A stretch of DNA of 64,000 nt, taken from NCBI RefSeq assembly GCF_003790525.1, contig NZ_CP033635.1. The stretch is one strand, 5' to 3'. The position numbers were made by a program, and so were the translations under genes. The stretch is from Escherichia coli (lineage in GTDB: Bacteria > Pseudomonadota > Gammaproteobacteria > Enterobacterales > Enterobacteriaceae). The notes under the pieces were generated by a model. The model searched no databases and was not told the origin of the DNA. It was given only the letters and a program-made list of their open reading frames with translations. Positions 39,523 to 54,662 of the stretch are shown piece after piece. Every line of letters begins with the position of its first letter. The stretch's first letter is position 1.

Positions 39523-39701
39523 CATCACCTTATCCGCAATTTTTTTCGCTGACAAGAAAATATTCGCGATATGAATGATTAACGCTACTTATGAATAGAA
39601 ATGTGACGTGCGTCACCCCTTGGTGGCTCTGGCGTCAACGGGATCGCTCCCGAAAAAATCATCTTTGATTATTTGTGCTGTTTTGAGAATCATCCTGGTA
39701 A

Positions 39702-42226
<2,525 letters not shown>

Positions 42227-42396
42227 CCTGACGACTCCCAACCTGCTTTTTTATGATTCTGGCATAACCTGGCGATAGCGTACCGCAAAACAGCGATAAT
42301 TTTATAATGGTGGCATGATAAGACGCGACTATCATTCATTGCAGGCATTGGCACACCAGGCCGGATGTGATCCGGCCTGGTGTTAATGATACCCTT

Positions 42397-42579
42397 TCAA
42401 ACTTCTTCCGCAGAACGACTCCCCTCCCCCGGAACAAGCTCGGTTTCATGAAAAGCTTCCCGCTTGACCCCGTAACCGTCATACCAACGACACTCAACCA
42501 TACCGCTGGAGTATCCGGTGACAATCATCCGCGGGCCGCCCTCTTTAACCGTAACTTCCTCACTAACCATAAAGCTCAT
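42397..42579 (-). CDS. yodC: small protein YodC (DUF2158)
   Basis: 60-aa ORF MSFMVSEEVTVKEGGPRMIVTGYSSGMVECRWYDGYGVKREAF... Confidence 0.8.
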   Translation of the reverse strand: MSFMVSEEVTVKEGGPRMIVTGYSSGMVECRWYDGYGVKREAFHETELVPGEGSRSAEEV

Positions 42580-42657
42580 ACTCGCCTCCTTTTTTCGAGT
42601 GAAACTTGTTCACCTTAGTTGAAGATGGCGAATTTTGCATAATAGCCTGTGCGAGTA

Positions 42658-43575
42658 TTAATGTGCCTGACCGCGTATTTTCGCTACGGCTTTCACTCCC
42701 AGCACCACGATGCCGCCGATGATAAATCCAAGAATCAGATTTAAAACAGTCGGTAATATCATCGCCACCACTGCACTTTGCTGCCCGGCGAAATGTTCAA
42801 TGGCGTGATGCAGCGGCGCAATTCCATGTACCACAATCCCACCGCCGACGAGGAACATCGCCAGCGTGCCGACAATCGATAACGCCTTCATCAACCAGGG
42901 CGCAATGATCAATAACCCTTTACCTAATGCCTGCATCAGCGCGCTGGATTTTTCCGCCAGCCAATACCCCAGGTCATCAATCTTAACGATAACCCCTACC
43001 AGACCGTAGACGCCCACGGTCACTACCAGCGCGATGCCTGAAAGCACCAGCACCTGATTAAGCAACGGCGCTTCGGCCACAATCCCCAGCGTGATGGCGA
43101 CGATTTCGGCAGACAATATAAAATCGGTACGAATCGCCCCTTTTATTTTGTCCTTTTCAAACTTCAGCGGATCCTGCGCCGCCAGCTTCTCCAGACGCTG
43201 CTGGCTCTGCGCCGGATCTTCTTTATGTTTACGCGCCTCCAGCATATGCAGCACTTTCTCTACTCCTTCAAAGCAGAGAAACGCGCCACCAATCATCAAC
43301 AGAGGCGTAATCGCCCACGGGATAAACGCACTGATGATCAGCGCCAGCGGCACCAGAATCACTTTATTAATCAGCGATCCTTTCGCCACGCCCCAGACCA
43401 CGGGAAGTTCCCGGTTGGCCCGCACGCCTGAAACTTGTTGCGCATTGAGCGATAAGTCATCCCCTAATACACCGGCGGTTTTCTTCGCCGCCAGTTTGCC
43501 CATCACGGAGATATCGTCCAGTAGTGTGGCGATATCATCGAGCAACGTCAGTAAACTACTCCCGGCCAAAAGCAT
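42658..43575 (-). CDS. yedI: DUF808 family inner membrane protein
   Basis: 305-aa polytopic membrane ORF. Confidence 0.85.
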   Translation of the reverse strand: MLLAGSSLLTLLDDIATLLDDISVMGKLAAKKTAGVLGDDLSLNAQQVSGVRANRELPVVWGVAKGSLINKVILVPLALIISAFIPWAITPLLMIGGAFLCFEGVEKVLHMLEARKHKEDPAQSQQRLEKLAAQDPLKFEKDKIKGAIRTDFILSAEIVAITLGIVAEAPLLNQVLVLSGIALVVTVGVYGLVGVIVKIDDLGYWLAEKSSALMQALGKGLLIIAPWLMKALSIVGTLAMFLVGGGIVVHGIAPLHHAIEHFAGQQSAVVAMILPTVLNLILGFIIGGIVVLGVKAVAKIRGQAH

Positions 43576-43747
43576 TCCCTCTCATTTTTATTGTTGAAGG
43601 GTGTAAGTATGAAGCAAAAACGGCAGCTCTGATACTTGCTTCACAGGTCAACATTTTTTTAACAATTAAGTGCAATTATATCTCTCGCCAGCAGAATGAT
43701 TTTCACGTTTACTATGAACCACCTTTTTATTTCCACCGTGAGGGATT

Positions 43748-44668
43748 ATGCGTTTCCGCCAGTTGTTACCGCTTTTTGGCGCGCTGTTTGCGTTGTATAT
43801 CATTTGGGGCTCAACCTATTTTGTCATTCGGATTGGCGTGGAAAGCTGGCCTCCGTTAATGATGGCAGGCGTTCGATTCCTGGCAGCCGGTATTTTATTG
43901 ATGGCATTTTTGCTACTGCGCGGACACAAGCTCCCCCCGCTACGTCCGCTGCTCAATGCCGCGCTGATTGGCCTGTTATTGCTGGCTGTCGGTAATGGCA
44001 TGGTGACGGTTGCCGAGCATCAAAATGTTCCTTCCGGCATCGCCGCCGTTGTGGTTGCAACCGTGCCCCTCTTTACCCTGTGCTTCAGCCGCCTGTTTGG
44101 CATTAAAACGCGCAAACTGGAATGGGTGGGTATCGCCATTGGGCTTGCCGGAATCATCATGCTCAATAGCGGTGGAAATTTAAGCGGCAATCCGTGGGGC
44201 GCGATTCTGATTTTAATCGGCTCGATTAGCTGGGCGTTTGGCTCGGTTTATGGCTCGCGCATTACCTTACCTGTAGGGATGATGGCGGGTGCTATTGAGA
44301 TGCTGGCGGCAGGCGTGGTGTTAATGATCGCGTCGATGATTGCAGGTGAAAAACTGACGGCGCTCCCTTCCCTTTCAGGCTTCCTTGCGGTCGGCTATCT
44401 GGCGCTGTTTGGTTCGATTATCGCCATCAACGCTTATATGTATTTAATCCGTAATGTCAGTCCGGCTCTCGCCACCAGCTACGCCTACGTTAACCCGGTG
44501 GTCGCGGTCTTGCTGGGTACGGGACTGGGCGGAGAGACGCTGTCGAAGATTGAATGGCTGGCGCTCGGCGTAATTGTCTTCGCGGTGGTGCTGGTCACGT
44601 TGGGAAAATATCTCTTTCCGGCAAAACCCGTAGTTGCGCCAGTTATTCAGGACGCATCAAGCGAGTAA
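43748..44668 (+). CDS. yedA: EamA/DMT family transporter
   Basis: 306-aa ORF with two EamA-type repeats of transmembrane helices. Confidence 0.85.
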   Translation: MRFRQLLPLFGALFALYIIWGSTYFVIRIGVESWPPLMMAGVRFLAAGILLMAFLLLRGHKLPPLRPLLNAALIGLLLLAVGNGMVTVAEHQNVPSGIAAVVVATVPLFTLCFSRLFGIKTRKLEWVGIAIGLAGIIMLNSGGNLSGNPWGAILILIGSISWAFGSVYGSRITLPVGMMAGAIEMLAAGVVLMIASMIAGEKLTALPSLSGFLAVGYLALFGSIIAINAYMYLIRNVSPALATSYAYVNPVVAVLLGTGLGGETLSKIEWLALGVIVFAVVLVTLGKYLFPAKPVVAPVIQDASSE

Positions 44669-45127
44669 ATGAATCCCCTGCGTGTCGATCTGCGCGCTGG
44701 CACCTTCGCCGCAGATCCACTCTTCCAGACGCTCGCTAAGCGCTTCATCCGTCAGCTTCTCGCGCCCACGTAACGCGCACTCCCAGACAATCAATACGCG
44801 CCAGCCGAGTTCCTGCAAGCGACTGATATCGCGGCGATCGCGCTCAACATTTTTACCTATCTTCTCCAGCCAGAACTCGGTTCGAGTCGCAGGCACTTTA
44901 AACAGATAGCAGTGATGATGATGCCAGAAGCAGCCGTGGGTAAATATCACGCAGCGATATTCATCAACGACAAAATCCGGGCGTCCGGGCAGACTGGCGT
45001 CCTGAACGCGAAACGCCAGGCCCTGCCCGGTTAACAGACTGGCGAGGCGCTTCTCTATCGCCGTATCACGCGTGGCAATCGCGCGCATATTTTTGCTGCG
45101 AGTGGCCTTATCGTGAACGTCGGCCAT
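44657..45127 (-). CDS. vsr: very-short-patch repair endonuclease (G/T mismatch-specific)
   Basis: ORF 44657..45289; internal ATG at 45127 gives 156 aa [28 protein letters not shown]...; start lies inside the 3' end of dcm. Confidence 0.9.
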   Translation of the reverse strand: MADVHDKATRSKNMRAIATRDTAIEKRLASLLTGQGLAFRVQDASLPGRPDFVVDEYRCVIFTHGCFWHHHHCYLFKVPATRTEFWLEKIGKNVERDRRDISRLQELGWRVLIVWECALRGREKLTDEALSERLEEWICGEGASAQIDTQGIHLLA

Positions 45128-46526
45128 GTTGTGCCTCTTGCTGACGCAACGCCACCGCCTGTTTGATTTTTGGCTCAAGCAGTTTTGCCACCGCGGCAAA
45201 GACCGGCACGACCACCGAGTTACCGAACTGGCGATAGGCCTGAGTGTCCGAAACCGGAATGCGGAATTTCGCTTCTCCCGGCGCTTCAAAACCCATTAAG
45301 CGCGCGCATTCACGAGGCGTTAACCGACGTGGACGATGTTGCTGATTCTGCGGATCGTCAAAGTCTTTCTCACCCGTGGCCATATCCCAGCCACGATCGA
45401 TTAAAATTTCCGCGCCATCTTTGTAATAACGCGCAGACAGCGTACGGGTGACGCTTTGCGGATTGTTCGGATAAACCATTCCATAACCGAAGCCGTTACC
45501 GCGCGCCTGATGTTTTTTCGCATATCGATAGAGGTACTTCCACAGCACCGGCGTCAGGATATATTTCGCCTCGACCATCGGGTCCAGCAGCTGCGCCAGC
45601 GTCACTCGCTGCGCAGGGAAACATTCGCTGATATCACGCAGGGTAAAATCGGCTTTCAGATTCAGATCGCGACGAAAACCCACCAGCACGATGCGTTCAC
45701 GGTGCTGCGGCAGAAAATGTTTGCCGTCGATGATTTTCGGATCGTCTGGCCCGTTATCTTCTGCATCAGCCACGTCATAGCCCAGTTCGTCCAGCGTCTG
45801 CATGATGATGCGGAACGTTTTACCCTGGTCGTGACTTTTCAGGTTTTTGACGTTTTCGAGCACAAACATCGCCGGACGACGCGCGTCGATAATGCGTACC
45901 ACATCAAAAAACAGCGTGCCCTGGGTATCGCAGGCAAAACCGTGCGCCCGCCCGAGCGAGTTCTTTTTCGATACGCCAGCCAGCGAAAATGGCTGACAAG
46001 GGAAACCGGCCAGTAAAACATCGTGTTCAGGAATGTGTTGACGAATATGTTCCGCCGCCGCCTCATCACTCACGCCTTCTTTATGGCTGAGGGTGATATC
46101 GCGGATATCTTCATTAAAATGATGCGTCGCCGGATCGCAATAATGGTTGGCTTTATAAGTGCGTACCGCATGTTTGTTCCATTCGCTGGTAAACACGCAT
46201 TGTCCGCCAATCGATTCAAAACCGCGACGGATGCCGCCAATTCCGGCAAATAGATCGATAAAGCGAAACGCATAATGCGGATGATGTGCCGGTGGTTTGG
46301 GTAACAACGTTTGCAGATGGGCGAACTCTTTCTCACTTAAACGGTGCCATGCCGAGTCATTCGCCAGCGCACGTTTTAAAATTGCCGCGCTCCAGTGATT
46401 CTCACCCACACCATTAAGCTGCGCCACCAGCGTTTTAACATCATAAATTTGCAGCAGTTTCTCCAGCATTGCCTGTGCGGCATTCCCGGTGCTGTATGAA
46501 TCGGTTACTGATATATTTTCCTGCAT
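45108..46526 (-). CDS. dcm: DNA cytosine-5 methyltransferase (CCWGG)
   Basis: 472-aa ORF with C5-MTase motifs FAGIGG (motif I), PCQPFS (catalytic motif IV), ENV (motif VI). Confidence 0.95.
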   Translation of the reverse strand: MQENISVTDSYSTGNAAQAMLEKLLQIYDVKTLVAQLNGVGENHWSAAILKRALANDSAWHRLSEKEFAHLQTLLPKPPAHHPHYAFRFIDLFAGIGGIRRGFESIGGQCVFTSEWNKHAVRTYKANHYCDPATHHFNEDIRDITLSHKEGVSDEAAAEHIRQHIPEHDVLLAGFPCQPFSLAGVSKKNSLGRAHGFACDTQGTLFFDVVRIIDARRPAMFVLENVKNLKSHDQGKTFRIIMQTLDELGYDVADAEDNGPDDPKIIDGKHFLPQHRERIVLVGFRRDLNLKADFTLRDISECFPAQRVTLAQLLDPMVEAKYILTPVLWKYLYRYAKKHQARGNGFGYGMVYPNNPQSVTRTLSARYYKDGAEILIDRGWDMATGEKDFDDPQNQQHRPRRLTPRECARLMGFEAPGEAKFRIPVSDTQAYRQFGNSVVVPVFAAVAKLLEPKIKQAVALRQQEAQHGRRSR

Positions 46527-46592
46527 AGATTTAACCGGCCATCTGAGATGGCCGACAGGTTAACATAATTACAGCCATTTAGGGCCACGCGC

Positions 46593-47288
46593 TTATCCCG
46601 CGGGTGAAAACGCATCTATCACCTTGTGATCGACACCTTCATTCTCCCCCGCCAGTTCGGCACTGAGCTTCGCCATAAACTCGACTAAAAAATGCGCGTT
46701 GTGCTGCGCCAGCTGCTTGCCTCTTGCGGTTTGCATGGTTTGCGGTAGCTTCAGCAACTTAGTCTGGAAATGATCCAGCGCGTAGCGTTTATCATCAAGC
46801 GGGCGATGCTGTGCGAACGGATCTTCACCATCAAACAGCGCCACGCCCAATGCCCCTGAAACGGCAAACACGCGCGCCAGGCCAATCGCCCCCAGGGCTT
46901 CCAGCCGATCCGCATCCTGGACGATTTTAGCTTCCGTTGTTAAGGGGGCGATTTGCGCGCTGAAACTGTGAGCGGCAATGGCATGACAAACGGCCTCGAT
47001 TTTCTCCGCCGGAAATTGCTCGAACTCTTCACGGAGCAGGCGACGCGTCTCTTCTGCCGCCAGGATTGAAGAACGCTGCCTTTGCGGATGATTTTTCGCC
47101 AGGCTCACAATATCGTGAAAATAACAGGCGGTTAAAATCACCAGCATATCGACATCGTCATCTGCCGCCAGCTTCTGTGCCGTAGCCCAGACGCGGCGAA
47201 AATGACACACGTCATGGGCCGCGTCCTGGTGCTGATGATGGTTTTTCAACCAGTTTTCGAACTGTGCCTGCCAGTGTTGTAAGTCCAT
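46593..47288 (-). CDS. yedJ: HD-domain phosphohydrolase
   Basis: 231-aa ORF with HD motif (H...HD). Confidence 0.85.
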   Translation of the reverse strand: MDLQHWQAQFENWLKNHHQHQDAAHDVCHFRRVWATAQKLAADDDVDMLVILTACYFHDIVSLAKNHPQRQRSSILAAEETRRLLREEFEQFPAEKIEAVCHAIAAHSFSAQIAPLTTEAKIVQDADRLEALGAIGLARVFAVSGALGVALFDGEDPFAQHRPLDDKRYALDHFQTKLLKLPQTMQTARGKQLAQHNAHFLVEFMAKLSAELAGENEGVDHKVIDAFSPAG

Positions 47289-47327
47289 ACGCGCTCCGTT
47301 GCCAAAGAGTCGCCACCTTAGCAGTTT

Positions 47328-47711
47328 TTATTCATAGCGTCTGCTACGTGCGGGACGAGGTCGGGTGTACCAGGCAATGCTGCCTAACAATGCCCCGACC
47401 AGAGCCATAAATAAAAATCCGACCAGTGCCCCTAACCACTTTCCCGCGGTAGAGCCTAAATCGCTTTCAAATCCCGACACCGGGGCATCGGGGATCCGGC
47501 TCATCACCCAGATGTAACGCGCCATTGCCCAGACGAAATAGCCACACCATGTATAGAAAGCCCACAAAGCCAGTTTGCCACCAGGGCTGCGAGAGAGTCT
47601 CTCTTCCATCTTTGTCGAACCGTATTCCATTTTGAGATAACCCGGAAAATTCAGACTTAGTACTATTATGTGATAAAAGTCACATTTTTCCACATTGGAT
47701 GAGCCAGTCAA
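47328..47711 (-). CDS. yedR: small inner membrane protein YedR (exact start uncertain)
   Basis: 127-aa ORF with two hydrophobic segments; true start may be a few codons internal. Confidence 0.7.
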   Translation of the reverse strand: MTGSSNVEKCDFYHIIVLSLNFPGYLKMEYGSTKMEERLSRSPGGKLALWAFYTWCGYFVWAMARYIWVMSRIPDAPVSGFESDLGSTAGKWLGALVGFLFMALVGALLGSIAWYTRPRPARSRRYE

Positions 47712-47859
47712 GACTCACTCATTTTTTGAACAAATAGATAATTTTTGCGCAACGGCAGTGAATACAGGAAAAATCGTTTTGAGCGATTTTATTTATCTTT
47801 GAGATCGGCTTTATTAATTCATTTAATCAATATATTAGCACTGAATACAATTATACCTT

Positions 47860-47948
47860 TTTATTTTTCTGTGTCATGATGCCTCCGTTATTAGCCTTTT
47901 ATCGTCTTGTTTATATTTTTTGGGCCGGCATGATGCCGGCTTTTTTTT
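47860..47948 (+). ncRNA. rseX: candidate small RNA in the yedR-yedS intergenic region, possibly RseX
   Basis: Strong intrinsic terminator gccggcatgatgccggc + TTTTTTTT at 47924-47948 on + strand with no upstream protein gene; -10-like ttatac about 70 nt upstream; the rseX assignment is from memory of its reported location. Confidence 0.45.
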
Positions 47949-48260
47949 ATGCCTTCATTAATGTGCGCGTGATCACACCAGCCGTTTGGCACAACAATCA
48001 TTGATACCCCCTATGCTTCCGCTCAACTCATAACATATTGATATACATTTATAATTTTCATGAATATTTATATTTAGAATTCATAATCCTGAATTATATT
48101 AAATAGATTAGAAACATTTTGAAATCTTTTAAATACATTTGTTACATGTAATCTTTAAAATAAAATGAACTTCATAGAATAGTATCCAAATGTGCTTTTT
48201 TTTTGGATAACGGCACTTATTGATATATTCATGAAGATTATAATCACAAGGGAATACATA

Positions 48261-49424
48261 ATGAAAAGAAAAGTTCTGGCAATGCTGGTCCCGGCGTTAT
48301 TAGTTGCTGGCGCAGCAAATGCGGCTGAAATTTATAATAAAAATGGCAATAAACTGGATCTGTACGGAAAAGTTGATGCTCGTCATACTTTTTCCGATAA
48401 CCCTGGCGATGACGGCGATGAAACTATCATCGAGTTAGGCTTCAAAGGTGAGACCCAAATTACAGATCAGTTAACTGGTTATGGTCAAGCACTGACCAAA
48501 ACAAAGGCTAGCGACACTGAAGGTTCTGATAATACTTATGTCAAACTTGCTTTTGCAGGTCTGAAGTTCGGCGAGATGGGCTCCTTTGACTATGGTCGTA
48601 ACTATGGTGTGATTTACGACGTTGAAGCCTGGACAGATATGCTTCCTGTATTCGGCGGCGACTCCTATACCTGGACTGATAACTTCATGGCAGGCCGTGC
48701 AAATGGGGTAGCTACTTACCGCAATAGTGATTTCTTCGGTCTGGTGGAAGGTCTGAACTTTGCATTGCAGTATCAAGGTAACAACGAAGGCAGCAATGCA
48801 GGAGAAGATCAAGAAGGTACTAAAAATGGTCACGAAGACGTTCGCTTCCAGAACGGTGATGGTTTTGGTCTTTCCACTTCATATGACTTTGACTTCGGTT
48901 TGAGCTTAGGTGCCGCTTACTCAAACTCTGACCGTACCAATTCTCAAGTAGCTCTTGGCGGGTATCACTACAATGAATACAGCAAATTTGCTGGTGGTGA
49001 TACAGCTGAAGCATGGACATTTGGTGCAAAATACGACGCCAACAATGTTTATCTTGCAATGATGTATGCTGAAACCCGCAATATGACACCATATGGTAAT
49101 GTGGGTATCGCAAATAAAACCCAGAACTTTGAAGCTGTAGCACAGTATCAGTTCGATTTTGGTCTGCGCCCATCTCTTGCATATGTTTATTCAAAAGGCA
49201 AAGACCTCGGCGGTAACGACTATAACAACAATGGTCATCAAGAGTATGTTGATCAGGATCTGGTCAACTATGTTGAAATTGGAGCGACCTACTATTTCAA
49301 TAAGAACTTCTCAACATATGTTGACTATAAAATAAACTTGTTGGATAAAGATGACGATTTCTATGACAACAATGGCATCGCAACAGATGACGTTGTTGGT
49401 GTGGGCTTAGTCTACCAGTTCTAA
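48261..49424 (+). CDS. yedS: OmpC/OmpF-family general porin, intact reading frame
   Basis: ORF 48192..49424; ATG at 48261 gives 387 aa with signal peptide [21 protein letters not shown], porin beta-barrel ending in C-terminal ...VGLVYQF. Confidence 0.85.
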   Translation: MKRKVLAMLVPALLVAGAANAAEIYNKNGNKLDLYGKVDARHTFSDNPGDDGDETIIELGFKGETQITDQLTGYGQALTKTKASDTEGSDNTYVKLAFAGLKFGEMGSFDYGRNYGVIYDVEAWTDMLPVFGGDSYTWTDNFMAGRANGVATYRNSDFFGLVEGLNFALQYQGNNEGSNAGEDQEGTKNGHEDVRFQNGDGFGLSTSYDFDFGLSLGAAYSNSDRTNSQVALGGYHYNEYSKFAGGDTAEAWTFGAKYDANNVYLAMMYAETRNMTPYGNVGIANKTQNFEAVAQYQFDFGLRPSLAYVYSKGKDLGGNDYNNNGHQEYVDQDLVNYVEIGATYYFNKNFSTYVDYKINLLDKDDDFYDNNGIATDDVVGVGLVYQF

Positions 49425-49466
49425 TCAGCCAACGCGCCGCGGCGTGTTACTGTAAAACTTAACACT

Positions 49467-49505
49467 AGCCTGAGTTCGTCCCTCATCGAACTCAGGCTTT
49501 TTTAT
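49467..49505 (+). terminator. rho-independent terminator downstream of yedS
   Basis: agcctgagttcg-tccctcat-cgaactcaggct followed by TTTTTTATT. Confidence 0.75.
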
Positions 49506-50015
49506 TGGCATTTTATCTCCCTCTGCGGCACGCGCAATTGCCAAAGCATATCGATACAGCACCTTACCCTGCCCCTGCTGGCACAATAACATCTACCAGC
49601 GACTCTTCCAGCCAACACCCAAATGCATTTCTTTATGAATTAATCTGCAACAAAACCGCCTCCCATATAGAAATATTTGCAAAAATAGTGCATGAAATAA
49701 GCTTTTTCTCTACCAATCCGGGATATAAATATTCATCAGCACCACAATATTCCACATCACTAAATCTCTCCCCGCCGCCCCGTACCTCTGATAATGGTCT
49801 AAAATCATTGAGGCCACTTGCGACGACGTTGCTCAATAAGGAAAATTTGGCGTGAATAATATTCAACACCAGTGCAGCATCATCATTACATACTTACACC
49901 CGCCGACTACCGCTTTCGATATATTGACTCAATTTTCCAGCCTGGTTAAAAATAGCGACCAGCTCAGTCGCAAATATAGTGACTACCCTAACTAAGCAAC
50001 AATAAGGAATACACT

Positions 50016-50867
50016 ATGACTGTTCAAACAAGTAAAAATCCGCAGGTCGATATTGCTGAAGATAATGCATTCTTCCCTTCAGAATATTCGCTTAGCCAAT
50101 ATACCAGTCCTGTCTCTGATCTTGATGGCGTGGACTATCCAAAACCGTATCGCGGTAAACATAAAATTCTGGTGATCGCCGCGGACGAACGTTATTTGCC
50201 AACCGATAACGGAAAACTGTTCTCGACCGGTAACCATCCGATTGAAACGTTGCTGCCGTTGTATCATCTCCATGCTGCAGGTTTCGAATTCGAAGTGGCG
50301 ACCATTTCCGGTCTGATGACCAAGTTTGAATACTGGGCTATGCCGCACAAAGATGAAAAAGTAATGCCATTCTTTGAGCAACATAAATCGTTGTTCCGCA
50401 ATCCGAAGAAACTCGCGGATGTTGTCGCCAGCCTCAACGCTGATAGCGAATATGCAGCAATCTTTGTTCCTGGTGGTCATGGCGCACTTATTGGTTTACC
50501 AGAAAGCCAGGACGTAGCTGCTGCTTTGCAGTGGGCAATCAAAAATGACCGTTTTGTTATCTCCCTTTGCCACGGCCCGGCGGCTTTTCTGGCGCTTCGC
50601 CACGGCGATAACCCACTGAATGGTTATTCCATTTGCGCATTCCCAGACGCCGCAGACAAACAAACGCCAGAGATAGGCTATATGCCGGGTCATCTCACCT
50701 GGTACTTCGGCGAAGAGCTGAAGAAAATGGGCATGAACATTATTAATGACGACATCACCGGGCGAGTACATAAGGACCGTAAAGTTCTCACCGGCGACAG
50801 TCCTTTTGCAGCGAATGCGTTGGGTAAACTGGCGGCGCAGGAAATGCTGGCAGCTTACGCGGGTTAA
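50016..50867 (+). CDS. hchA: Hsp31 chaperone / glyoxalase III (DJ-1/PfpI family)
   Basis: 283-aa ORF with conserved nucleophile-elbow Cys (ISLCHGPAAF). Confidence 0.9.
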   Translation: MTVQTSKNPQVDIAEDNAFFPSEYSLSQYTSPVSDLDGVDYPKPYRGKHKILVIAADERYLPTDNGKLFSTGNHPIETLLPLYHLHAAGFEFEVATISGLMTKFEYWAMPHKDEKVMPFFEQHKSLFRNPKKLADVVASLNADSEYAAIFVPGGHGALIGLPESQDVAAALQWAIKNDRFVISLCHGPAAFLALRHGDNPLNGYSICAFPDAADKQTPEIGYMPGHLTWYFGEELKKMGMNIINDDITGRVHKDRKVLTGDSPFAANALGKLAAQEMLAAYAG

Positions 50868-50973
50868 TCCCTGTTACGTTTGAATGTAAGCGCTAATCAA
50901 TCGCAGCCGCGTTAGTACTCACGACGTGGCTGCGTTTTTTCACGGTTAATTCATGGCGTACTGAAGCCTTATG

Positions 50974-52332
50974 TTAATTTCTTTGCGGTAACGTAATCCG
51001 GAACACATTATGCTTATTGAGATAGTGATACGTAGCACTTCCCCCATGTAATTCGGCAATCGCTTTGACTAAAGAAAGGCCTAGTCCCTGACCTACGGAA
51101 TGACGCGAATTATCTCCCCGCCAAAATCTACGGAAGAGTTTTTCAGGCTCATGAATTTTCGTTCCAGGACTGGCGACATCAATATTAAGATAGCCGTTGG
51201 TATCAAGAAAACTGGTTATATGAATATGCGATTTTTCTGGTGAATATCTAATGGCATTAACAATAAGATTCGATAACATTCGTTGCAGTAAAATTTTATC
51301 CGCAAAGATTTGCTGATTGCACTCGACCTTAAAGCAAATCTCTTTCTCGTCTGAAAGGTATTCAAGATAATCCAACAAATTTTCGACTTCCTTATTGAGA
51401 GAAAGCGAGTCCAGTTTCACCAAAACATTGTTTTTATCTGCCCGGGCAAGAAACAGTATGTTCTCTGTTAACCGCGAAATATTTTCCAGCTCTTCAATGT
51501 TACCGGCAATTGTTTTTTGATATTCAGCGATACTTCTGGTTTGACTGAGCGTAACCTGATTCTGACCCAGTAATGCATTAATGGGCGTTCTAAGTTCATG
51601 AGCGAGATCGTCAGCAAATTGACTTAGGCGTTCAAAATCTTTGACTAAGGCTTGATGCATTTTATTCAACGCCTGCCCAAGAGGTTTTAGTTCTCTCGGT
51701 AATGCGCTAACCTCAACAGGCTCCCGGCTATCGTTATAATTCAGCGCTTCCGTTACACCACTCAACTTTTTGATCTCTCGTAATCCCGTTCTGATTAACA
51801 GCGGACTTAATACTGAGCAAAGTACAATGGCGACAATGCAAATTATAATGCTATTAATTTTATACTGTTCAAGCATGTTATGTCTGGCTGAAGCCAATTT
51901 AGCCACAGTAACCGTTAATGATGGCGAAACTTCATCAATATTAATTCGTAAAGCATCTATCTCTGTATCATTAATAATGCTTCTGTAAATGCCAGCTGCG
52001 CTGATTGTCTCACTAGCAGGTATGTTATTTAACATGTCATCACTGACATTCGTCCGGTTAACAATTTTATTGATGCCATCACCATGAATGATCAAGATAT
52101 CCTGACTAACATCCATCATCCGGTTAAAGTACACAGGTAACGTATCTGGATTTACCCCATCAATTAACAACTGCTTGATCTGCGCTGTCCGGTTAATGAG
52201 TGTTGTATCATCGCGCCATTTCAACTCACTTGCCAAGCCATTATAGAGAGTCCATACAATTCCAGCGCCAGCAACAGACAGCAGCAATATAAAAAGCAAG
52301 GTTAAACGGACGGTTATAGATAATCTTTTCAT
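50974..52332 (-). CDS. hprS: two-component sensor histidine kinase (HprS/YedV)
   Basis: 452-aa ORF: two transmembrane segments, HisKA H-box HELRTP, HATPase_c G-boxes; AT-rich. Confidence 0.85.
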   Translation of the reverse strand: MKRLSITVRLTLLFILLLSVAGAGIVWTLYNGLASELKWRDDTTLINRTAQIKQLLIDGVNPDTLPVYFNRMMDVSQDILIIHGDGINKIVNRTNVSDDMLNNIPASETISAAGIYRSIINDTEIDALRINIDEVSPSLTVTVAKLASARHNMLEQYKINSIIICIVAIVLCSVLSPLLIRTGLREIKKLSGVTEALNYNDSREPVEVSALPRELKPLGQALNKMHQALVKDFERLSQFADDLAHELRTPINALLGQNQVTLSQTRSIAEYQKTIAGNIEELENISRLTENILFLARADKNNVLVKLDSLSLNKEVENLLDYLEYLSDEKEICFKVECNQQIFADKILLQRMLSNLIVNAIRYSPEKSHIHITSFLDTNGYLNIDVASPGTKIHEPEKLFRRFWRGDNSRHSVGQGLGLSLVKAIAELHGGSATYHYLNKHNVFRITLPQRN

Positions 52333-53003
52333 TATTTTTTTACCGCTACGAATGAATAGCCCATCCCCCGGATTGTGGCGATTAGCTTTTCAGGAAAAGG
52401 ATCATCAACTTTTGCGCGGAGCCTGCGAATGGCGACATCCACCGTATTGGTATCACTATCAAAGTTGATTCCCCAAATTTCACTCGCAATAACCGTTCTG
52501 GGTATAATTTCGCCAGCTCTGGAGGCCAGTAGCCAAAGTAACTGAAACTCCTTGCGCGTCAGTGTAATACTGATATTGTCCCTGCTCACACTTTGACTAA
52601 CAGAGTCCATTCTTAAACCACTGATTTCTAATGTTGAATTCAAAGCGTGATGTTGCCTTAATTGTGCCCGAACCCTTGCCAGCAACTCAGAAAATGAAAA
52701 AGGTTTTACCAGATAATCATTTGCTCCACTGTCCAGCCCTCTGACTCTGTCATCGACAGAATCCCTTGCAGTAAGGCAAATAACAGGGGTTTGCTTTGCT
52801 GTTCTTAACGTTTGTAAGATCTGCCAGCCATCCATACCCGGAAGCATAATATCCAGAATGATCAATGCATAATCATCCTTCAACGCAAGATAAAGCCCAT
52901 CTCTGCCATCAGAAACGGCATCAATGACATAACCCGCTTCGGAAAGCCCCTGTGTTACCCATTCCTGGGTCCTTTGATTATCTTCAATAAGTAAAATCTT
53001 CAT
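52332..53003 (-). CDS. hprR: OmpR-family response regulator (HprR/YedW)
   Basis: ORF 52332..53114; internal ATG at 53003 gives 223 aa MKILLIEDNQRTQEW...; receiver domain plus winged-helix. Confidence 0.85.
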   Translation of the reverse strand: MKILLIEDNQRTQEWVTQGLSEAGYVIDAVSDGRDGLYLALKDDYALIILDIMLPGMDGWQILQTLRTAKQTPVICLTARDSVDDRVRGLDSGANDYLVKPFSFSELLARVRAQLRQHHALNSTLEISGLRMDSVSQSVSRDNISITLTRKEFQLLWLLASRAGEIIPRTVIASEIWGINFDSDTNTVDVAIRRLRAKVDDPFPEKLIATIRGMGYSFVAVKK

Positions 53004-53135
53004 GAAAATAATATGCCATAAATCATATGTTATAGAAACAGCCTGGTTCATTACAAAATTGTAATGCTGCTGTAAGGTTACCCTGGACGTTTTTTCGCTA
53101 TCCTCAAAACTCATTCAGATGACAAGGATATAAAC

Positions 53136-53549
53136 ATGTTAAAGCGTTATTTAGTACTCTCCGTAGTAACGGCAGCATTTTCATTACCTTCTTTGGTTTA
53201 TGCCGCACAACAAAACATTCTTAGCGTGCACATTTTGAACCAGCAAACCGGAAAACCCGCTGCTGACGTGACAGTCACTCTTGAAAAGAAGGCGGATAAC
53301 GGCTGGTTACAACTTAATACCGCCAAAACAGATAAGGATGGACGAATTAAGGCACTGTGGCCCGAGCAAACTGCGACTACTGGCGATTACCGTGTCGTAT
53401 TTAAAACCGGGGACTATTTCAAGAAACAAAATCTTGAAAGTTTCTTCCCTGAGATCCCCGTTGAATTTCATATTAATAAAGTGAACGAGCATTATCATGT
53501 GCCTTTATTACTTAGCCAATATGGGTATTCAACCTATCGTGGCAGTTAA
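53136..53549 (+). CDS. hiuH: 5-hydroxyisourate hydrolase (transthyretin-related protein)
   Basis: 137-aa ORF with signal peptide and C-terminal YRGS tetrapeptide typical of HIU hydrolases. Confidence 0.85.
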   Translation: MLKRYLVLSVVTAAFSLPSLVYAAQQNILSVHILNQQTGKPAADVTVTLEKKADNGWLQLNTAKTDKDGRIKALWPEQTATTGDYRVVFKTGDYFKKQNLESFFPEIPVEFHINKVNEHYHVPLLLSQYGYSTYRGS

Positions 53550-53651
53550 TGCATAAATATGTAAAAGCAGATCTCTGCTACTGTTAGGGAGGACACTCCC
53601 TGACAGATTAACAGTAAACGGCTCTTGCTGGCTAACGACAAAAAAGTGTGA

Positions 53652-54662
<1,011 letters not shown>

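Noticed and set aside
47871-47900. Mini-ORF (MTQKNKKV, 8 codons) with a GGAGG RBS on the minus strand opposite the candidate sRNA
   Set aside because: Too short and with no downstream gene to regulate as a leader peptide; most likely coincidental.
49505-49855. 116-aa + strand ORF upstream of hchA
   Set aside because: No RBS, low-complexity Ser/Pro/Thr-rich translation, and it occupies the expected hchA promoter region; judged non-coding.
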